IMG/VR virus record: IMGVR_UViG_3300025137_004926
DNA from: a virus
DNA length: 64,000 bases
Strand: one strand, 5' to 3'
Shown: piece by piece, positions 63,581 to 64,000 of the stretch
Layout of the letters: each line of letters begins with the position of its first letter
Numbering within the stretch: position 1 is the first letter of the stretch
Translations under genes and position numbers: made by a program
The notes under the pieces: model-generated
Seen by the model: the letters and a program-made list of their open reading frames with translations, nothing else
Databases searched by the model: none
What the model was told of the DNA's origin: nothing

Positions 63581-63907
63581 ATGAAGATAGAAAGAGTAAT
63601 ATGGTATGCACCAGAGTATTTTAGTAGATGGAGATTATTTCCTAGAGCGTTTATTTCAATGTACATTTATCTTTTGTACGATGTTACGCAATGGTTTATG
63701 GCACTACCAGATCCTAATACTCAACAAGCAGGTCTTGTATCTGTAATCGTAGGTGCAGGAGCGGCATGGTTCGGATTATATGTAAATTCAAGTTCAAGTA
63801 AATTTGAACAAGTTGAAGTACGTAGCGGATCGACAATGATAAAAGCATCAGACACTAGAGATACAGTAAACGAAAAAGCAGAGGCTAAAGGCCCTAAAGA
63901 ATACTAG
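63581..63907 (+). CDS. Two-TM membrane protein, possible holin
   Basis: WRLFPR...WFMAL.DP..QQAGLVS..VGAGAAWFGLY; TAAATA at 63534-63539. Confidence 0.55.
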   Translation: MKIERVIWYAPEYFSRWRLFPRAFISMYIYLLYDVTQWFMALPDPNTQQAGLVSVIVGAGAAWFGLYVNSSSSKFEQVEVRSGSTMIKASDTRDTVNEKAEAKGPKEY

Positions 63908-63916
63908 GAAAAGATA

Positions 63917-64000
63917 ATGGCAAACTTTAAACATCACATAAGATTAATGATGAAAGAAGAATGGAATAAACACGATATTAAAGGTGTTATTACTGTTCTT
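63917..64000 (+). CDS. Partial CDS running off the window
   Basis: AGGA RBS and ATG at 63917; open to the edge. Confidence 0.5.
   Translation, partial: MANFKHHIRLMMKEEWNKHDIKGVITVL

Noticed and set aside
1-64000. Genome-wide stop codon reassignment, CRISPR array, integrase or transposase, introns or inteins
   Set aside because: Genes are intact in code 11 with all three stop codons used; no repeat-spacer array or mobile-element enzyme was recognised by eye.

Overview
This 64 kb AT-rich, densely coding window, mostly on the + strand, reads as part of a large T4-like (jumbo) myovirus genome. The host is probably a marine alphaproteobacterium; this is an inference from the CoxIV-like peptide, DUF2061, PutA and GANTC-bearing promoters. 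The window holds DNA repair and replication genes (UvsE, ATP-dependent ligase, clamp loader, a stand-alone DnaE fragment) and many auxiliary metabolic or host-takeover genes (putA, guaC, fpr, grx, sufE, acpS, greA, infA, groES, clpA, a J-domain protein, phoH, amidinotransferase). It also has five tRNAs, a spanin pair, an inverted four-gene envelope operon with a Cys-repeat protein, and a block of long fibre genes. Two promoter classes are visible: sigma70-type early promoters and TAAATA late promoters. Best leads: (1) four early promoters carry a GcrA/CcrM-type YGAKTCG methylation site at an identical spacer position; (2) a late-promoter-driven, anti-Shine-Dalgarno-like small RNA and a second structured element lie upstream of a complete phage putA; (3) a tRNA-Trp has C9 and A24, both known UGA-miscoding positions; (4) the exported Cys-repeat operon; (5) a GreA lacking its first catalytic Asp. 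All family assignments come from motif recognition by eye; no searches were run.
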